59,904 nt of DNA from Pseudomonadales bacterium. GTDB lineage: Bacteria > Pseudomonadota > Gammaproteobacteria > Pseudomonadales > UBA7434. How positions within the stretch are numbered: position 1 is the first letter of the stretch; every line of letters starts with the position of its first letter. The notes beneath the pieces were generated by a model. That model saw nothing but the letters and a program-made list of their open reading frames with translations, was not told where the DNA came from and searched no databases. Shown one piece after another: positions 10,887 through 22,319 of the stretch. The position numbers and the translations under genes are program-made. The stretch lies in contig JABDNS010000098.1 of assembly GCA_013043705.1 (NCBI GenBank), positions 1 to 59,904 on the forward strand. Reading direction: 5' to 3'.

Positions 10887-11924
10887 GTGAAAGATAATCA
10901 GGCTAACAGAGAAGCGGCTTTGCGCCACTGGGCGCTGGAAGCAGCCGGGCAGGTAGTGGATACCGCCAATGTAGCAGAAGCTGGTAATAATGATGCGGAT
11001 TGGCGCATGGTGGCCGGAGATGCCAGCTTCCGGCGTTATTTTCGCCTTGCGTTCCCTCCCGACAAATCTGCGCAGCGTGCAACAAGCTATATCGTGATGG
11101 ACGCGCCGCCACCGCAAGAGAGCGTTGAAAAATTTGCCACGGTGGCCGAGCTTATGCGCGATGCGAGCTTGCGCGTGCCACGCATTTTTGCAATTCAGGC
11201 AGATTCCGGTTTTATGCTGCTGGAAGACTTTGGCGATAAAATGCTGCGAGCCGAGCTCGCTGAAGATAGGGGCCAGGCGCTGTTCGATACAGTGCTACCT
11301 TCGCTTACAGCAATGGTTGGCTGCAAAACCGAAGGTTTGCCTTTGTTTGACGCGGCCGCCATGCAGGCTGAGCTCGACCTGTTCACCCACTGGTACCTGC
11401 GTAAACATTGCAGCTTAGAACCCAATAGCACGCAGCAAGAAAACTGGCAGCGCCTATGCGAGCAATTAATTCGAGCGGCGCTGGCCCAGCCGCAACATTT
11501 TGTGCACCGAGATTTTCACAGTTGTAACCTGCATCGCGTGGATGATGGCGAGCCCGGCATTATCGACTTTCAGGATGCGGTGCTGGGGCCCGCCAGTTAC
11601 GATCTTGCCTCGTGGTTATGGGACCGTTATATAAGTTGGCCGCGCGCGTCGCTGGAATACTGGATAGAGCAGGCCCGCCCTGCACTGGCGCCATCGCAAG
11701 ACGCGAAACAATGGCAAAAATCTTGCGACTGGATGGCGCTGCAGCGCAATTTAAAAATAATCGGCATTTTTGCGCGCCTGAATTATCGCGATGGAAAAAG
11801 TGATTACCTTGAATTGCTGCCGCGCTTTGCCGGCTACGTGCTCGATGTACTGCCGCGCTACAGTGAATTTGAATATTTGCAGCAAGACCTGGTCAACTGG
11901 CTCAAGCCCTGCGCGCGCCTATGA
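10887..11924 (+). CDS. amgK: Aminoglycoside-phosphotransferase-fold kinase, probable anomeric MurNAc/GlcNAc kinase AmgK
   Basis: GDASFRRYFR and HRDFHSCNL kinase motifs. Divergent from lptD and overlaps murU (ATGA), as in Pseudomonas. Start uncertain: GTG 10887 or TTG 10839. Confidence 0.75.
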   Translation: MKDNQANREAALRHWALEAAGQVVDTANVAEAGNNDADWRMVAGDASFRRYFRLAFPPDKSAQRATSYIVMDAPPPQESVEKFATVAELMRDASLRVPRIFAIQADSGFMLLEDFGDKMLRAELAEDRGQALFDTVLPSLTAMVGCKTEGLPLFDAAAMQAELDLFTHWYLRKHCSLEPNSTQQENWQRLCEQLIRAALAQPQHFVHRDFHSCNLHRVDDGEPGIIDFQDAVLGPASYDLASWLWDRYISWPRASLEYWIEQARPALAPSQDAKQWQKSCDWMALQRNLKIIGIFARLNYRDGKSDYLELLPRFAGYVLDVLPRYSEFEYLQQDLVNWLKPCARL

Positions 11925-12676
11925 ATAATAGCCAGAATAAAGACTTCAGCGCACCGCGCGCAGCCATGCTACTTGCCGCCGGGCGCGGCGAGCGTATGCG
12001 TCCGCTTACCGATCGCATACCCAAGCCGTTGGTTGAAGTGGCAGGGGTGGCTTTAATAGAGCACCACTTACAAAACCTGGCCGCGGCCGGTGTGCGGGAT
12101 GTTGTTGTCAATCATGCGCATCTGGGTGAGCAAATTGAACAAAGGCTGGGTGACGGCGCGCGCTTCGGCCTGCGCATTCGTTACTCACGCGAGCCCGAAG
12201 GCGCGCTGGAAACTGCCGGCGGCATTTTGCGTGCGCTACCGATGTTGTGCGAAAGCAACGATAGCTTCCTGGTGGTAAACGCGGATATCTTTAGCGATTA
12301 CGATTTTGCACCACTACTACAACATGACCTAGCCGAACATTGGGTTCACCTTGTAATGGTGGATACCCCATCGTTTAAAACCGCCGGAGATTTTGCACTC
12401 CTACCCGCAACTCAGTCCGCGCAAAGCAGTGCCAATGCAGGTTTCGAAGTAGCCGAAACTGGCGAAGAGCTACTTACATTTAGCGGTATTTCATTAATGT
12501 CTACGAAATTGTTTGCGGGGTGCGAACCGGGCCGCGCTGCGTTAAAGCCCTTGTTAGTTCGCGCAATGCAAAATCATTGTGCAAGCGGAGAGCACTATTG
12601 TGGCGAGTGGTATGACGTTGGCACCGTGGAGCGATTGCAGTGGCTAAACGAACACTGCGAAGGCAAGTATAAATAG
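11921..12676 (+). CDS. murU: Nucleotidyltransferase, probable MurNAc-alpha-1-phosphate uridylyltransferase MurU
   Basis: MLLAAGRGERMRPLTDRIPKPL sugar-nucleotidyltransferase N-terminus. Translationally coupled to amgK. Confidence 0.8.
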   Translation: MNNSQNKDFSAPRAAMLLAAGRGERMRPLTDRIPKPLVEVAGVALIEHHLQNLAAAGVRDVVVNHAHLGEQIEQRLGDGARFGLRIRYSREPEGALETAGGILRALPMLCESNDSFLVVNADIFSDYDFAPLLQHDLAEHWVHLVMVDTPSFKTAGDFALLPATQSAQSSANAGFEVAETGEELLTFSGISLMSTKLFAGCEPGRAALKPLLVRAMQNHCASGEHYCGEWYDVGTVERLQWLNEHCEGKYK

Positions 12677-12729
12677 CTTTGGTGTTTTTTTTTGTTCGCG
12701 CGCTAAGTATTAAGTTCGGCAGCGCCGGC

Positions 12730-13593
12730 TTATTCGCTCGCAAAAGTGCTGTCTAGCCAATGCCGCAGGCGCTTGCTTGCCAGCGCCCAGGTTGCTGCAT
12801 TGTCAGCCTGTGGTATGACGATGGGGCGATAATCGTTATCGAAACCCGCGGCATCGAAATGTCGTTTGCGGCGAAGGCGCATGTTGCCATGCGGTTGTCC
12901 ATCGAGTACATCCAGCACCGAAACACGGCTCTGCTGCAGATTTTCCAATTCCAGGTTTTGAAGTTGCGCTTCGGCTACGCGCCACAATACGATACCGCTA
13001 CAATTTTCTGCATTCGCAATGCAGCTGTTTACCGCAACTTGAATGGAATCTTCATCGCCAACAATGGTAAAGGAACGCGCGCCCTGGTCGAGCAGCCATG
13101 CCGTCGCGGCGCGCAGCCTGGTTTGCGCTTTTTGTTGGTCATCGCTTGCGGCGTTGGCTGGCGGCACCAGCGTGGCCAGCGCAGACCAACCGTGCAGTGG
13201 CAAGTTGTCGTAGAGATGGCGCTGCCAGCCCTGCCCGGTTAGATCAGCGGGTGAACTACCTAGCAACAAAATGCCCAATTGCTTCGGGTTTACTGCCGGC
13301 TGCGAAAACGCAATAAACGGCGTTTCGCCTTCGCCAAGCCAGAGCGCGTCTTTGGCGGGCATCGACGCCATGTAGTCCTGCATCCAAAGCGCTTCGCTAT
13401 CCAATAAGTGTGTGGTGGCTTCGTCGCTGGCTGGCGCTGCTTCGCTGCCGGCTTGACCCGCTTCGGCGCTGGCTGGATTGGCTGCTGGCTCGGCGGGATT
13501 TTGCGCAAAACAGCCGAGTGACAGCGCAAGCGCGGCGGCAGCGTGAATTAATCGCTTTGGAGTGCAGCGGAATTGCACGTAAAATTTCAGCAC
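12730..13593 (-). CDS. Secreted protein of unknown function
   Basis: 287-aa ORF with GTG start and signal peptide KRLIHAAAALALSLGCFA. Codon usage is coding-like. I recognise no catalytic motif. Confidence 0.6.
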   Translation of the reverse strand: MLKFYVQFRCTPKRLIHAAAALALSLGCFAQNPAEPAANPASAEAGQAGSEAAPASDEATTHLLDSEALWMQDYMASMPAKDALWLGEGETPFIAFSQPAVNPKQLGILLLGSSPADLTGQGWQRHLYDNLPLHGWSALATLVPPANAASDDQQKAQTRLRAATAWLLDQGARSFTIVGDEDSIQVAVNSCIANAENCSGIVLWRVAEAQLQNLELENLQQSRVSVLDVLDGQPHGNMRLRRKRHFDAAGFDNDYRPIVIPQADNAATWALASKRLRHWLDSTFASE

Positions 13594-13637
13594 GCCGTTA
13601 ATGCCTTGCTTGTGTCGTTCACCGTTGGAGTGGCTCC

Positions 13638-14312
13638 ATGTTGGATTTTAAAATTGCACCCTCTATTTTGTCAGCCGATTTTGCCCGCCTGGGTGAAGAG
13701 GTGGATGCCGTGCTGGCTGCGGGTGCCGACATTGTGCACTTCGACGTTATGGATAACCACTACGTGCCCAACCTGACCATTGGCCCAATGGTGTGCAAGG
13801 CCTTACGTGATTATGGTGTTACCGCACCGATTGATGTGCACTTAATGGTTAGCCCGGTCGATCGCATTATTGGCGATTTCGCAGAAGCCGGGGCAACTTA
13901 TATCACTTTTCACCCTGAAGCCAGCCAGCACGTCGACCGCTCTTTGCAATTGATTAAACAGGCCGGTTGCAAGGCTGGACTGGTGTTTAACCCGGCCACG
14001 CCGCTGGACGCTGCAAGCTATGTAATGGACAAGCTCGATATGCTGTTGCTAATGTCGGTTAACCCGGGCTTTGGCGGGCAAAAGTTTATTCCCTCCACGC
14101 TGTCAAAACTGGCCGAAGCGCGCGAATTGATCGATTCGATCGACAGGGATATCCGGCTGGAGGTTGATGGCGGCGTGGGGCTTGGCAACATCGCTGAAAT
14201 AGCTGCAGCGGGCGCCGATACTTTTGTAGCGGGTTCGGCAATATTCAACGCGCCGGACTATGCCGAGGCGATAAGCGGCATGCGCAAAGCCTTGGCCGGC
14301 GTGGCAAAGTAA
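13638..14312 (+). CDS. rpe: Ribulose-phosphate 3-epimerase
   Basis: [38 protein letters not shown] motifs. GGAG RBS upstream. Confidence 0.96.
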   Translation: MLDFKIAPSILSADFARLGEEVDAVLAAGADIVHFDVMDNHYVPNLTIGPMVCKALRDYGVTAPIDVHLMVSPVDRIIGDFAEAGATYITFHPEASQHVDRSLQLIKQAGCKAGLVFNPATPLDAASYVMDKLDMLLLMSVNPGFGGQKFIPSTLSKLAEARELIDSIDRDIRLEVDGGVGLGNIAEIAAAGADTFVAGSAIFNAPDYAEAISGMRKALAGVAK

Positions 14313-14336
14313 AAATTTATGAGTTGCAGATATAGA

Positions 14337-14371
14337 AATGCCCGCGGGGCAGATACTGCACAGCGGGCATT
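14337..14371 (+). terminator. Possible rpe terminator hairpin
   Basis: AATGCCCGC (14337..14345) pairs with GCGGGCATT (14363..14371) around a 17-nt loop, 25 nt after the rpe stop. No T-tract follows, so this is weak. Confidence 0.3.
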
Positions 14372-14984
14372 CAGATTAGGGCGGCTCTGGGGAGAGCCTA
14401 GCCAGGGCGAAAGATCCGGATGCTCCAGGTTGCACACTAAGTGTGCGCGAAATCCGGGCTGCCGCTAGTTGCATGGCAATGTAAGCCATAATTGGTGTTT
14501 TTTCAAGCATTAGCTGTGGGTGCACACTGCTAGATAAGTGTAACTTATTGTTTTTAAAGACTATTATTTGGCTATTTTCCAGGCGCTATGCGGGGCGAGT
14601 AAAGGGCGCGTAAGGGGCCAGAAAGCTGCGCCCATCCAGTCGCTGGGCTAGAATGTAATGGCGCAGCAAAAGCATACTGCGCGAGGCGCCCCGCGCGCCA
14701 AATCCACGCAAGCGAGAGGCCGGGAATCCCACGCCATGACCTGCACAAATAATCCAAGCCGCAGCCAGGGTTTAGGCACTGCAGCCACGCGCGAGCGCCG
14801 TTGGCGAAACGCAAGGCGTTGGCTTGCCGCGTAATCGCGTGGCTATAAGTGCCGCTTCGGATACGCGGTTACGGGTGCAACATTTACGCAATGCCCGCAA
14901 CGCTGGAAGTTTACGCAAATATTGAGTGCACTGCGCGTTTGTCCGCGCAACCCCGATTAAACTCTCGCTCTCTCCGGAACCAAC

Positions 14985-16499
14985 ATGCAACTGCAAGAAT
15001 TCTGTGCGCTGGCACAGCAGGGCTACAACCGCATTCCGCTTACCAAAGTAGTGCTGGCCGACCTCGATACCCCGGTAAGCGCTTACGCCAAATTGGCTAG
15101 CGGTGCGCACTCGTTTCTATTTGAATCGGTACAAGGTGGTGAAAAATGGGGGCGCTATTCCATTATCGGCCTGCCTTGCCGCACCGTTTTGAAAGCCTTT
15201 GATGAGCGCGTTGAGTTGCGCTGTGACGGTGAGCTGCTGGAAGAGCACAAGCTTGCCGACCCGCTTGAGTATGTTGAAAGTTTCGCTGCGCGCTACAGGG
15301 TACCTGAACTTGCGGGCATGCCGGCTTTTTTTGGCGGCCTGGTGGGCTATTTTTCTTACGATACCGTGCGCTATGTTGAGCCGCGATTGCAGGGCAGCGT
15401 ACCCGAAGACACGCTGGGTGCGCCGGATATCTTGCTAATGCTCAGCGAAGATGTGCTGGTGTTCGATAATCTTGCCAGTAAAATTCATATTGTCACTCAC
15501 GTTGATGTTAGCGCCGATGCGGCTGAGGGAGAGCTTGCCGAGCTATACCAGCAGGCCAACGCACAGCTTGATGCGCTGGCCGCGCGCCTGAGAAACGAAC
15601 GCGCCGCGCTGTCGGCGATTGATGTTTCTACATCAGCCACCGAAGACGAGTTGGCCGAGGGCGATTTCAGTTCGGGTTTTACGCAGCCTGAATACGAACA
15701 GGTGGTCGAGAAAATCAAGCAATACACCTTAGCCGGCGATGTAATGCAGGTAGTTCCTTCACAGCGCATGAGCGCAGCGTTCAAGGCGCCACCGATTAAT
15801 TTGTACCGTGCGCTGCGTAGCTTGAATCCCTCGCCATATATGTACTTTCTCGACCTCGGAGATTTTCATGTTGTGGGATCCTCGCCGGAAATTCTGGCGC
15901 GCGTAGAGCAGGGTGAGATTACCGTGCGGCCAATAGCTGGCACGCGTCGTCGCGGTTATAGCGAAGCAGAGGATCGTGAGCTAGAGCGAGAACTGCTTGC
16001 CGACCCGAAAGAGCTTGCCGAGCACCTTATGCTAATTGACCTGGGCCGCAACGATGCCGGCCGCGTATCGGAAATCGGCAGTGTGAAGCTCACCGACAAA
16101 ATGCTGGTGGAGCGCTACTCGCACGTCATGCATATTGTGTCCAACGTTACCGGCAAGCTGCGCGAAGGCCTGGGCCCTATCGATGTGCTGCGCGCCACGC
16201 TGCCAGCTGGCACGTTGAGTGGCGCACCAAAGATCCGTGCGATGGAAATAATCGACGAAGTAGAGCCGGTCAAGCGCGGCGTGTATGGCGGCGCGGTGGG
16301 TTATTTAAGCTGGCAGGGCAATATGGATACCGCAATTGCCATTCGTACTGCGGTTATTAAAGACGATACGATTTATGTTCAGGCCGGCGGCGGAGTGGTG
16401 GCCGACTCCGTACCCAGGCTTGAGTGGGAGGAAACCATGAACAAAGCCAGGGCGATGTTTCGCGCGGCGACTATTGCGAGTCGTGGTGGTAAACGATGA
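14985..16499 (+). CDS. trpE: Anthranilate synthase component I
   Basis: 504 aa. LFESV, SPYMYF and GAVGY chorismate-binding motifs. Followed by trpGDC. Confidence 0.96.
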   Translation: MQLQEFCALAQQGYNRIPLTKVVLADLDTPVSAYAKLASGAHSFLFESVQGGEKWGRYSIIGLPCRTVLKAFDERVELRCDGELLEEHKLADPLEYVESFAARYRVPELAGMPAFFGGLVGYFSYDTVRYVEPRLQGSVPEDTLGAPDILLMLSEDVLVFDNLASKIHIVTHVDVSADAAEGELAELYQQANAQLDALAARLRNERAALSAIDVSTSATEDELAEGDFSSGFTQPEYEQVVEKIKQYTLAGDVMQVVPSQRMSAAFKAPPINLYRALRSLNPSPYMYFLDLGDFHVVGSSPEILARVEQGEITVRPIAGTRRRGYSEAEDRELERELLADPKELAEHLMLIDLGRNDAGRVSEIGSVKLTDKMLVERYSHVMHIVSNVTGKLREGLGPIDVLRATLPAGTLSGAPKIRAMEIIDEVEPVKRGVYGGAVGYLSWQGNMDTAIAIRTAVIKDDTIYVQAGGGVVADSVPRLEWEETMNKARAMFRAATIASRGGKR

Positions 16500-16530
16500 G
16501 TAGCATGCGAAGTACAAGGAGATTCGGCCG

Positions 16531-17163
16531 ATGATGTTGATGATCGACAACTACGATTCGTTCACCTACAACGTGGTGCAGTATTTTGGCGAACTCGGTG
16601 CCGAGGTCAAGGTGGTGCGCAACGATCAAATTAGCTGTGCCGATATTGCCGCCATGGCACCGCAACAAATTGTTATCTCTCCAGGCCCTTGTACACCTGC
16701 AGAGGCGGGTATATCACTCGAGGTGGTGGAAACCTTTGCTGGAAAAATTCCGCTGCTTGGCATTTGCCTGGGTCACCAGTGCATTGGCCAGGTATTCGGT
16801 GGCAAAGTGGTGCGCGCGAGGCAGGTCATGCACGGAAAAACCTCTCAAGTACATCACAATGGCAGCGGCGTATTCAGGGGTATTGAGTCACCATTTTTGG
16901 CAACCCGCTATCATTCGCTGGTGGTAGAAGCTGAGTCGCTGCCCGATTGTTTTGAGGTGAATGCCTGGACGTTGCGCGACGATGGTAAAAATAACCTGCA
17001 AGGCGGCGGTGAAAATAAAAGCCACGCTGGCCAGCGCGATGAAATTATGGGGCTGCGCCATCACGAGTTGGCGGTTGAGGGGGTGCAGTTTCATCCCGAA
17101 TCAATTCTTACCAACTACGGACACGAACTGTTAAATAATTTTCTACGAAGTAGCATCCAATGA
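16531..17163 (+). CDS. trpG: Anthranilate synthase component II (glutamine amidotransferase)
   Basis: [17 protein letters not shown] and GVQFHPES triad motifs. AAGGAG RBS. Has about 15 extra residues ([17 protein letters not shown]) before the HPES segment. Confidence 0.93.
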   Translation: MMLMIDNYDSFTYNVVQYFGELGAEVKVVRNDQISCADIAAMAPQQIVISPGPCTPAEAGISLEVVETFAGKIPLLGICLGHQCIGQVFGGKVVRARQVMHGKTSQVHHNGSGVFRGIESPFLATRYHSLVVEAESLPDCFEVNAWTLRDDGKNNLQGGGENKSHAGQRDEIMGLRHHELAVEGVQFHPESILTNYGHELLNNFLRSSIQ

Positions 17164-18203
17164 ATATTCAAAAAGCGATCGACAAGGTCATCAATAGACG
17201 CGACCTGAGCGGCGATGAAATGGAAGTCGTAATGCGCGCCATTATGACCGGCGAGGCAACGCCCGCGCAGATAGCTGGCTTGTTGGTAGCCTTGCGCATG
17301 AAAGGCGAGAGCGTGGACGAAGTTGCCGCCGCCACGCGGGTTATGCGCGAGCTCGCAACGCCCGTTTCGGTTCACGCAGAGCACCTTGTTGATATAGTCG
17401 GTACCGGTGGCGACGGCGCCAGGTTGTTTAATGTTTCTACCGCTAGCAGTTTTGTTGCAGCAGCAGCAGGCTGTCATGTTGCCAAGCACGGCAATCGTTC
17501 GGTTAGCAGTTCCAGTGGCGCGGCAGATTTGCTGGAAGCGGCGGGTGTGGAGTTGGCGTTGAGCCCCGAGCAAGTAGCCAGGTGCGTAGAAGAAGTTGGC
17601 GTGGGTTTTATGTTTGCGCCGCAGCATCACAGCGCCATGAAGCACGCTATAGGGCCGCGCAAGGAATTGGCCACGCGAACTATTTTTAACATGCTCGGGC
17701 CAATGACTAATCCGGCTGGCGTTAAGCGACAACTGCTAGGTGTTTACGATCGCGCCTTACTCAAGCCTGTTGCGGAGGTGCTGAATAGCCTGGGTAGCGA
17801 GCACGTTATGGTCGTGCACTCTGAAGAGGGCCTGGACGAAATTAGCATCGCCGGTGCCACTTATGTGGCCGAGCTGTGTGATGGGAAAATTTCGGAATAC
17901 ACCCTGTTGCCTGCCGATGGCGGCGTTGAAGCTGCAGAACTTTCGCAGTTATCGGTAAACGACGCCAAGGAAAGCCTTGCGTTGGTTAAGAAGGCATTGG
18001 CAGCCGGGCCCAAGCAAGGTGCCGCCGAAGCGGCGGCGAATATACTGGCCTTAAACGCTGGCGCGGCAATTTATGTTGCCGGCGTGGCGCGCAGCTTTGC
18101 CGAGGGCACAGGCATGGCCAGCGATATTATTGCCTCGGGCAGCGCGCTTGAAAAAATGAACGAACTTGCGCAATTCAGCCGTGTGCTGGCTGCCGCCGGG
18201 TGA
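17160..18203 (+). CDS. trpD: Anthranilate phosphoribosyltransferase
   Basis: DIVGTGGDG and KHGNRSVSS motifs. ATGA overlap with trpG. Confidence 0.95.
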   Translation: MNIQKAIDKVINRRDLSGDEMEVVMRAIMTGEATPAQIAGLLVALRMKGESVDEVAAATRVMRELATPVSVHAEHLVDIVGTGGDGARLFNVSTASSFVAAAAGCHVAKHGNRSVSSSSGAADLLEAAGVELALSPEQVARCVEEVGVGFMFAPQHHSAMKHAIGPRKELATRTIFNMLGPMTNPAGVKRQLLGVYDRALLKPVAEVLNSLGSEHVMVVHSEEGLDEISIAGATYVAELCDGKISEYTLLPADGGVEAAELSQLSVNDAKESLALVKKALAAGPKQGAAEAAANILALNAGAAIYVAGVARSFAEGTGMASDIIASGSALEKMNELAQFSRVLAAAG

Positions 18204-18213
18204 GGTTGCAGCA

Positions 18214-19017
18214 ATGAATTCGACAGCAGCACCAACAATATTGAACAGGATTTTGGCGCGCAAAGCGCAGGAAATCGAAGCGGGCAAATCGCGTCGCCCG
18301 GTTCGGTTGTTGCAAAAAGATATTGCCAGCCAAGACGCACCGCGCGGCTTTGTGCGCGCTATTGATAAAAAACTGGCTGGCGGCGCTGACGCTGTTATTG
18401 CGGAAATTAAAAAAGCTTCGCCCAGTAAGGGTGTGATTCGCGCTGACTTTGACCCCACCGCCATTGCCCAAAGTTACCAGGCAGGTGGTGCAGCTTGTTT
18501 GTCGGTGCTTACCGATGTCGATTTTTTCCAGGGTTCGAATCGATACCTGCAGCAGGCGCGTGCGGCCTGCCAGTTACCCGTTATTCGCAAGGACTTTATT
18601 GTTGATGAGTACCAAGTCTACGAAGCCAGGGCGATAGGGGCCGATTGCATTTTGCTGATTGTTGCGGCCCTTGAAGACGCGCAGATGCAGTCCTTATACA
18701 GCCTGGCAGCCGGGCTGGGCATGGATGTGTTGGTAGAGGTACACGATGCCGCAGAATTGATGCGTGCGCTGGAATTAAATCCACGGCTTGTTGGCATTAA
18801 CAATCGTAACTTGCATAACTTCGACGTCAGCCTTGATACAACTTATGATCTACTCGACTCGATACCGCAAGATGCCATCGTAGTTACCGAAAGCGGCATT
18901 CACAGTTGTGAGCATGTAGCGGCCATGCATGCACATAACGTGCATACCTTTCTTGTTGGCGAAGCATTTATGCGCGAAGCCGACCCTGGCGAAGCCTTGC
19001 GGCAACTGTTTGGCTAA
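18214..19017 (+). CDS. trpC: Indole-3-glycerol-phosphate synthase
   Basis: ILNRILARK...[11 protein letters not shown]...INNRNL motifs. Uses the internal ATG at 18214 of ORF 18166..19017. Confidence 0.93.
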   Translation: MNSTAAPTILNRILARKAQEIEAGKSRRPVRLLQKDIASQDAPRGFVRAIDKKLAGGADAVIAEIKKASPSKGVIRADFDPTAIAQSYQAGGAACLSVLTDVDFFQGSNRYLQQARAACQLPVIRKDFIVDEYQVYEARAIGADCILLIVAALEDAQMQSLYSLAAGLGMDVLVEVHDAAELMRALELNPRLVGINNRNLHNFDVSLDTTYDLLDSIPQDAIVVTESGIHSCEHVAAMHAHNVHTFLVGEAFMREADPGEALRQLFG

Positions 19018-19223
19018 CAGGGCGTGGGCTGTGGCGTAGTGCCCTCAACCAGCTTTTTTGGTCGCTAGATTGCCAGCACAGCGTAAAATTACCGATTACG
19101 GGTCCCGCCCAAGTGACCTCTTTCACAGCCTTTGTGCAAACTCGCTGATATCCTTTTAATTCAACGTTTATTTTTCGGTAGTTGATATCACCCTTTTTTG
19201 AATGTAAAGGTAAGGAGGTTGTC

Positions 19224-19751
19224 ATGAAATTACGTTTGTTGTTGCCTGTTGGGCTGGCGCTGCTGCTGGCTGCTTGCGCGTCGAATACGCCCTACCGCTC
19301 AGCGGATGGGGGCAAGTTTGGTTACCGCGACGCATCGCTGGGCGACGATCGCCACAGGGTGGTTTTCACCCAGCGCTCACCTGATGTGGCAACGGCCATG
19401 GACTACGCCTTGTTGCGCGCCGCAGAACTAACGCTGCTTGAAGGCAAGGAATGGTTTATTGTTCGCGATAGGCAGACCACGCTGGATCGCGAGCGCGAAC
19501 CCGCGACATCGGTTTCCATGTCGCAGGGCAGGGTAGTCGAGCGCAATTGTGGATTGCTCGGTTGCCGCACTACTTCAAGGCCCGCACCCGCTACTGTACA
19601 CGGTGCAGTGCGATCCGGCTCAAGCCGCAGCGAGGTACAAGCTATTTTAGAGGTGGAGCTCGGCTCGGGGAGCAAGCCCGAGAATGGCGATGTTTATACT
19701 GCATCAGAAACCCGCAGCGCTTTGCGCAGCAGGCTGGGGGTGAACAGTTAA
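19224..19751 (+). CDS. Small lipoprotein of unknown function
   Basis: AAGGAGG RBS, then ATG at 19224. Lipobox LLAAC. The LLRAAELT motif is reminiscent of the CC0125/CC1285-type lipoproteins, from memory only. Confidence 0.7.
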   Translation: MKLRLLLPVGLALLLAACASNTPYRSADGGKFGYRDASLGDDRHRVVFTQRSPDVATAMDYALLRAAELTLLEGKEWFIVRDRQTTLDREREPATSVSMSQGRVVERNCGLLGCRTTSRPAPATVHGAVRSGSSRSEVQAILEVELGSGSKPENGDVYTASETRSALRSRLGVNS

Positions 19752-19768
19752 TAGCTGCGGCAACGCGC

Positions 19769-19804
19769 TAAAAACAAAAAAGGCGCCTGTATGGCGCCTT
19801 TTTT
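19769..19804. terminator. Bidirectional rho-independent terminator
   Basis: A-run, GGCGCC (19782..19787), loop TGTAT, GGCGCC (19793..19798), then T-run 19799..19804. Lies between convergent genes. Confidence 0.8.
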
Positions 19805-19823
19805 GTTGCCAGTGCCTGTGGGT

Positions 19824-22145
19824 TTAAAAGCCCAGCAGTTCGGTGATGTTCGCAGTCTTTTCGTTTTTCTTGCGCTTGGCCCAAATGGCGGCGCATTTTT
19901 CAGAGCGCATCGGCGCAGCCAAAAACAGGCCTTGCACTCCGCTGCAGCCCAGCTGTCGCAACAAATTAAACTCGGCAATGCTTTGCACGCCCTCAGCAAC
20001 AACATTCAAGCCCAGGTCGGAAGCCAGTTCGATAGTAGAGCGCACAATAGCTTTGGCCTGTCCGCACTCGGTGGATCCATTCACCAGGCTTTTGTCGATC
20101 TTGATGGTATCAATGGGTAAGCTATGCAGATGCGACACCGCGGCGCTGCCGGCGCCATAGTTATCCATCGCAATGCCAATGCCCATGCGCCTAAGCGCAA
20201 GAAACTGGTTGCTGCAGCTAGCCGCACACTCAACAAGCTGGTCCTCTCCAATTTCAAGCGTCAGGTCTTTGCCCTCAAGCTGGTGCTTTTCCATTAGTCC
20301 TGCCAATCTTGTGGGTAGCGCGTTGTCGGCAAACTGCGCGGCACTGCAATTGATAAACAGTCGAAGTCGCTGGTCGCTTAGTTCACGCCATTCAGCGATT
20401 TGCGCACAGGCCGTTTCCATAACCCAGCTATCTATATCAGCAATGAGCCCCGAGCGCTCGGCAATGGAAATAAACTGGTCGGGCAAAATATCCCCGCGTT
20501 GCGGATGCTTCCAGCGAATAAGCGCTTCAAACGCGGTTGGCTCTTCCCTACCAGATTCATACACAGGTTGATAAACCAGGTAAAATTCATCATTATCAAG
20601 TGCATTAGCAAGATCCGATTGCAGTTGCAGGGTGTCGCAATGCGCATCGCTCATATCATCAGAGAAGAAGCAGATGTGGTCGCTTGTTTTGCGCTTGGCT
20701 TCGTACATTGCAAGGTCTGCGTTGTGCAGTAGCTGGTTAAGGTCCCTCTCGTCGGCAAAAATAGATATGCCAATGCTCACGCTTACATAGAGCGGGCCAG
20801 AATCACTAGGTACCGGTTCCTTCATAAGCAGGCTAATTTTTTTGGCAATTCCACGCAAGAATTCAATGTGTTCAAAACCGTAGATGGTAACCACGAACTC
20901 ATCGCCGCCCATTCTTGCAAAGCAATCTTCTGATCTTATGCAGCTTTGAACTCTTTTAGCGAATGCTTTTAGTATGTCGTCGCCAGCTTCATGCCCGTGT
21001 GTGTCGTTAATTTCTTTGAAGCCATTCAGGTCCATATAAAAAATAGCCATGTTTTTATTTTCCCGCGCTGCGCGAGATAATGCGGTTTCGGCATATAAAT
21101 AAAAATAGTTTCTGTTTGCCGCAGCGGTGAGGCTATCGTTATAGTAGGCATGGTTGACGCGTTGGTAAGCGCGGATATAGCTGTGCACCAGCCCGTAAAA
21201 CGGCAAGCCATAGGCAAATATCTTAAGCGTGTGCGCAACAATGAAGCTGTTGTCAAAAAGCTTTGCTGAGCCGAATAGCATGTATAGCTCCAGTGTTATA
21301 TGCGGGATAATGCTAATGGCTAGTGTCGCATTGAGCATGGTTGGCATGCGTCGGTACAGGCGCAGCAGCAGCGGAGTAGTCGCTATAAAGATGAGGATCG
21401 GCGCAATTTCGAATGGGCGTTTGAAAAGTCCCTCGGCGTATAAGGTTTGCGGCAGGTCGTCCACAACGGCGGCAGCACGCATTAAAATGAAAGCAAATAG
21501 TACGATGCAGCCCGAAATCGTTAACATCAATTTCACATCGAAACGCGATTGACCGGGGTGTACCTTGCGATCGATATACCTAAGGCATATCAACGCGCAA
21601 ACCATAAAAATAGCTGCATTGAAAGTTCTTGCCAGCGACCAGGTAAAGGGCATGAAATCAACATGGTCGCGCGTGTGCTCAACAATGCGTAGCGATGTGA
21701 GGGCGTGAAAACCCTCCATTGCGCCACAAGTCAATAGTGCAATACCAATAACGCTGGCAGCGTTGTTTTGCTTATCGGTGAAAAAGTGAGAGAAAGCAAC
21801 GATGGCGGTAAAAAATGCCACCATCACGGCGGTCCATTCAAGTAATGCGTGAATGATTGGTCCTTTGCCAACCTCGAAGCCGAGATTCGGGTTACCTACC
21901 AGCGAGGCAAGGCCGCCGGGGGCGCTGTGGAGTTCATGCAGCGATATCCCGATTGCTGAAAAATCGGCACCAAAGAAGTTCAGAAGTTTTGGTAACAGGC
22001 AAACACCGACAACCACCCATAGCAAGGTGGCATGTTCCGAAGCTAGCGTGTGCTTCCGGTTATTTTTTGTGGTGTTACTACCATCGCTCACACAAGTCGG
22101 CGATGGGGCACTTATTTGCATTAAAGCATTACGTCGTCGCCACAA
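19824..22145 (-). CDS. Membrane-anchored GGDEF-EAL protein (c-di-GMP turnover)
   Basis: About 330-aa multi-TM N-terminus, then GGDEF (ARMGGDEFVV) and EAL (FEALIRW...DNYGAG...KIDKS) domains. Confidence 0.88.
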   Translation of the reverse strand: MWRRRNALMQISAPSPTCVSDGSNTTKNNRKHTLASEHATLLWVVVGVCLLPKLLNFFGADFSAIGISLHELHSAPGGLASLVGNPNLGFEVGKGPIIHALLEWTAVMVAFFTAIVAFSHFFTDKQNNAASVIGIALLTCGAMEGFHALTSLRIVEHTRDHVDFMPFTWSLARTFNAAIFMVCALICLRYIDRKVHPGQSRFDVKLMLTISGCIVLFAFILMRAAAVVDDLPQTLYAEGLFKRPFEIAPILIFIATTPLLLRLYRRMPTMLNATLAISIIPHITLELYMLFGSAKLFDNSFIVAHTLKIFAYGLPFYGLVHSYIRAYQRVNHAYYNDSLTAAANRNYFYLYAETALSRAARENKNMAIFYMDLNGFKEINDTHGHEAGDDILKAFAKRVQSCIRSEDCFARMGGDEFVVTIYGFEHIEFLRGIAKKISLLMKEPVPSDSGPLYVSVSIGISIFADERDLNQLLHNADLAMYEAKRKTSDHICFFSDDMSDAHCDTLQLQSDLANALDNDEFYLVYQPVYESGREEPTAFEALIRWKHPQRGDILPDQFISIAERSGLIADIDSWVMETACAQIAEWRELSDQRLRLFINCSAAQFADNALPTRLAGLMEKHQLEGKDLTLEIGEDQLVECAASCSNQFLALRRMGIGIAMDNYGAGSAAVSHLHSLPIDTIKIDKSLVNGSTECGQAKAIVRSTIELASDLGLNVVAEGVQSIAEFNLLRQLGCSGVQGLFLAAPMRSEKCAAIWAKRKKNEKTANITELLGF

Positions 22146-22319
22146 AATTGTGGCTCTTTTTCAGTATAGGAGTTAGATTGCAACACGCAGTCAAGGCTAT
22201 GGCATTGCAACGTAACGCAACATTTTTTTCGCTATTTCGTCTAACAATCCACAGTTTTCACTGCGCGTAGTTTTTGCGATACTATTTTTTGTTCATTTTT
22301 TTAACAGAGGGCGGACACG

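Noticed and set aside
14800-14984. Classical trp leader peptide or attenuator upstream of trpE
   Set aside because: No short ORF with tandem Trp codons and no terminator/antiterminator pair with a T-tract was found.
18542-18551. tRNA T-loop-like GGTTCGAATC
   Set aside because: It lies inside the trpC coding sequence, and no flanking acceptor or anticodon arms can be folded.
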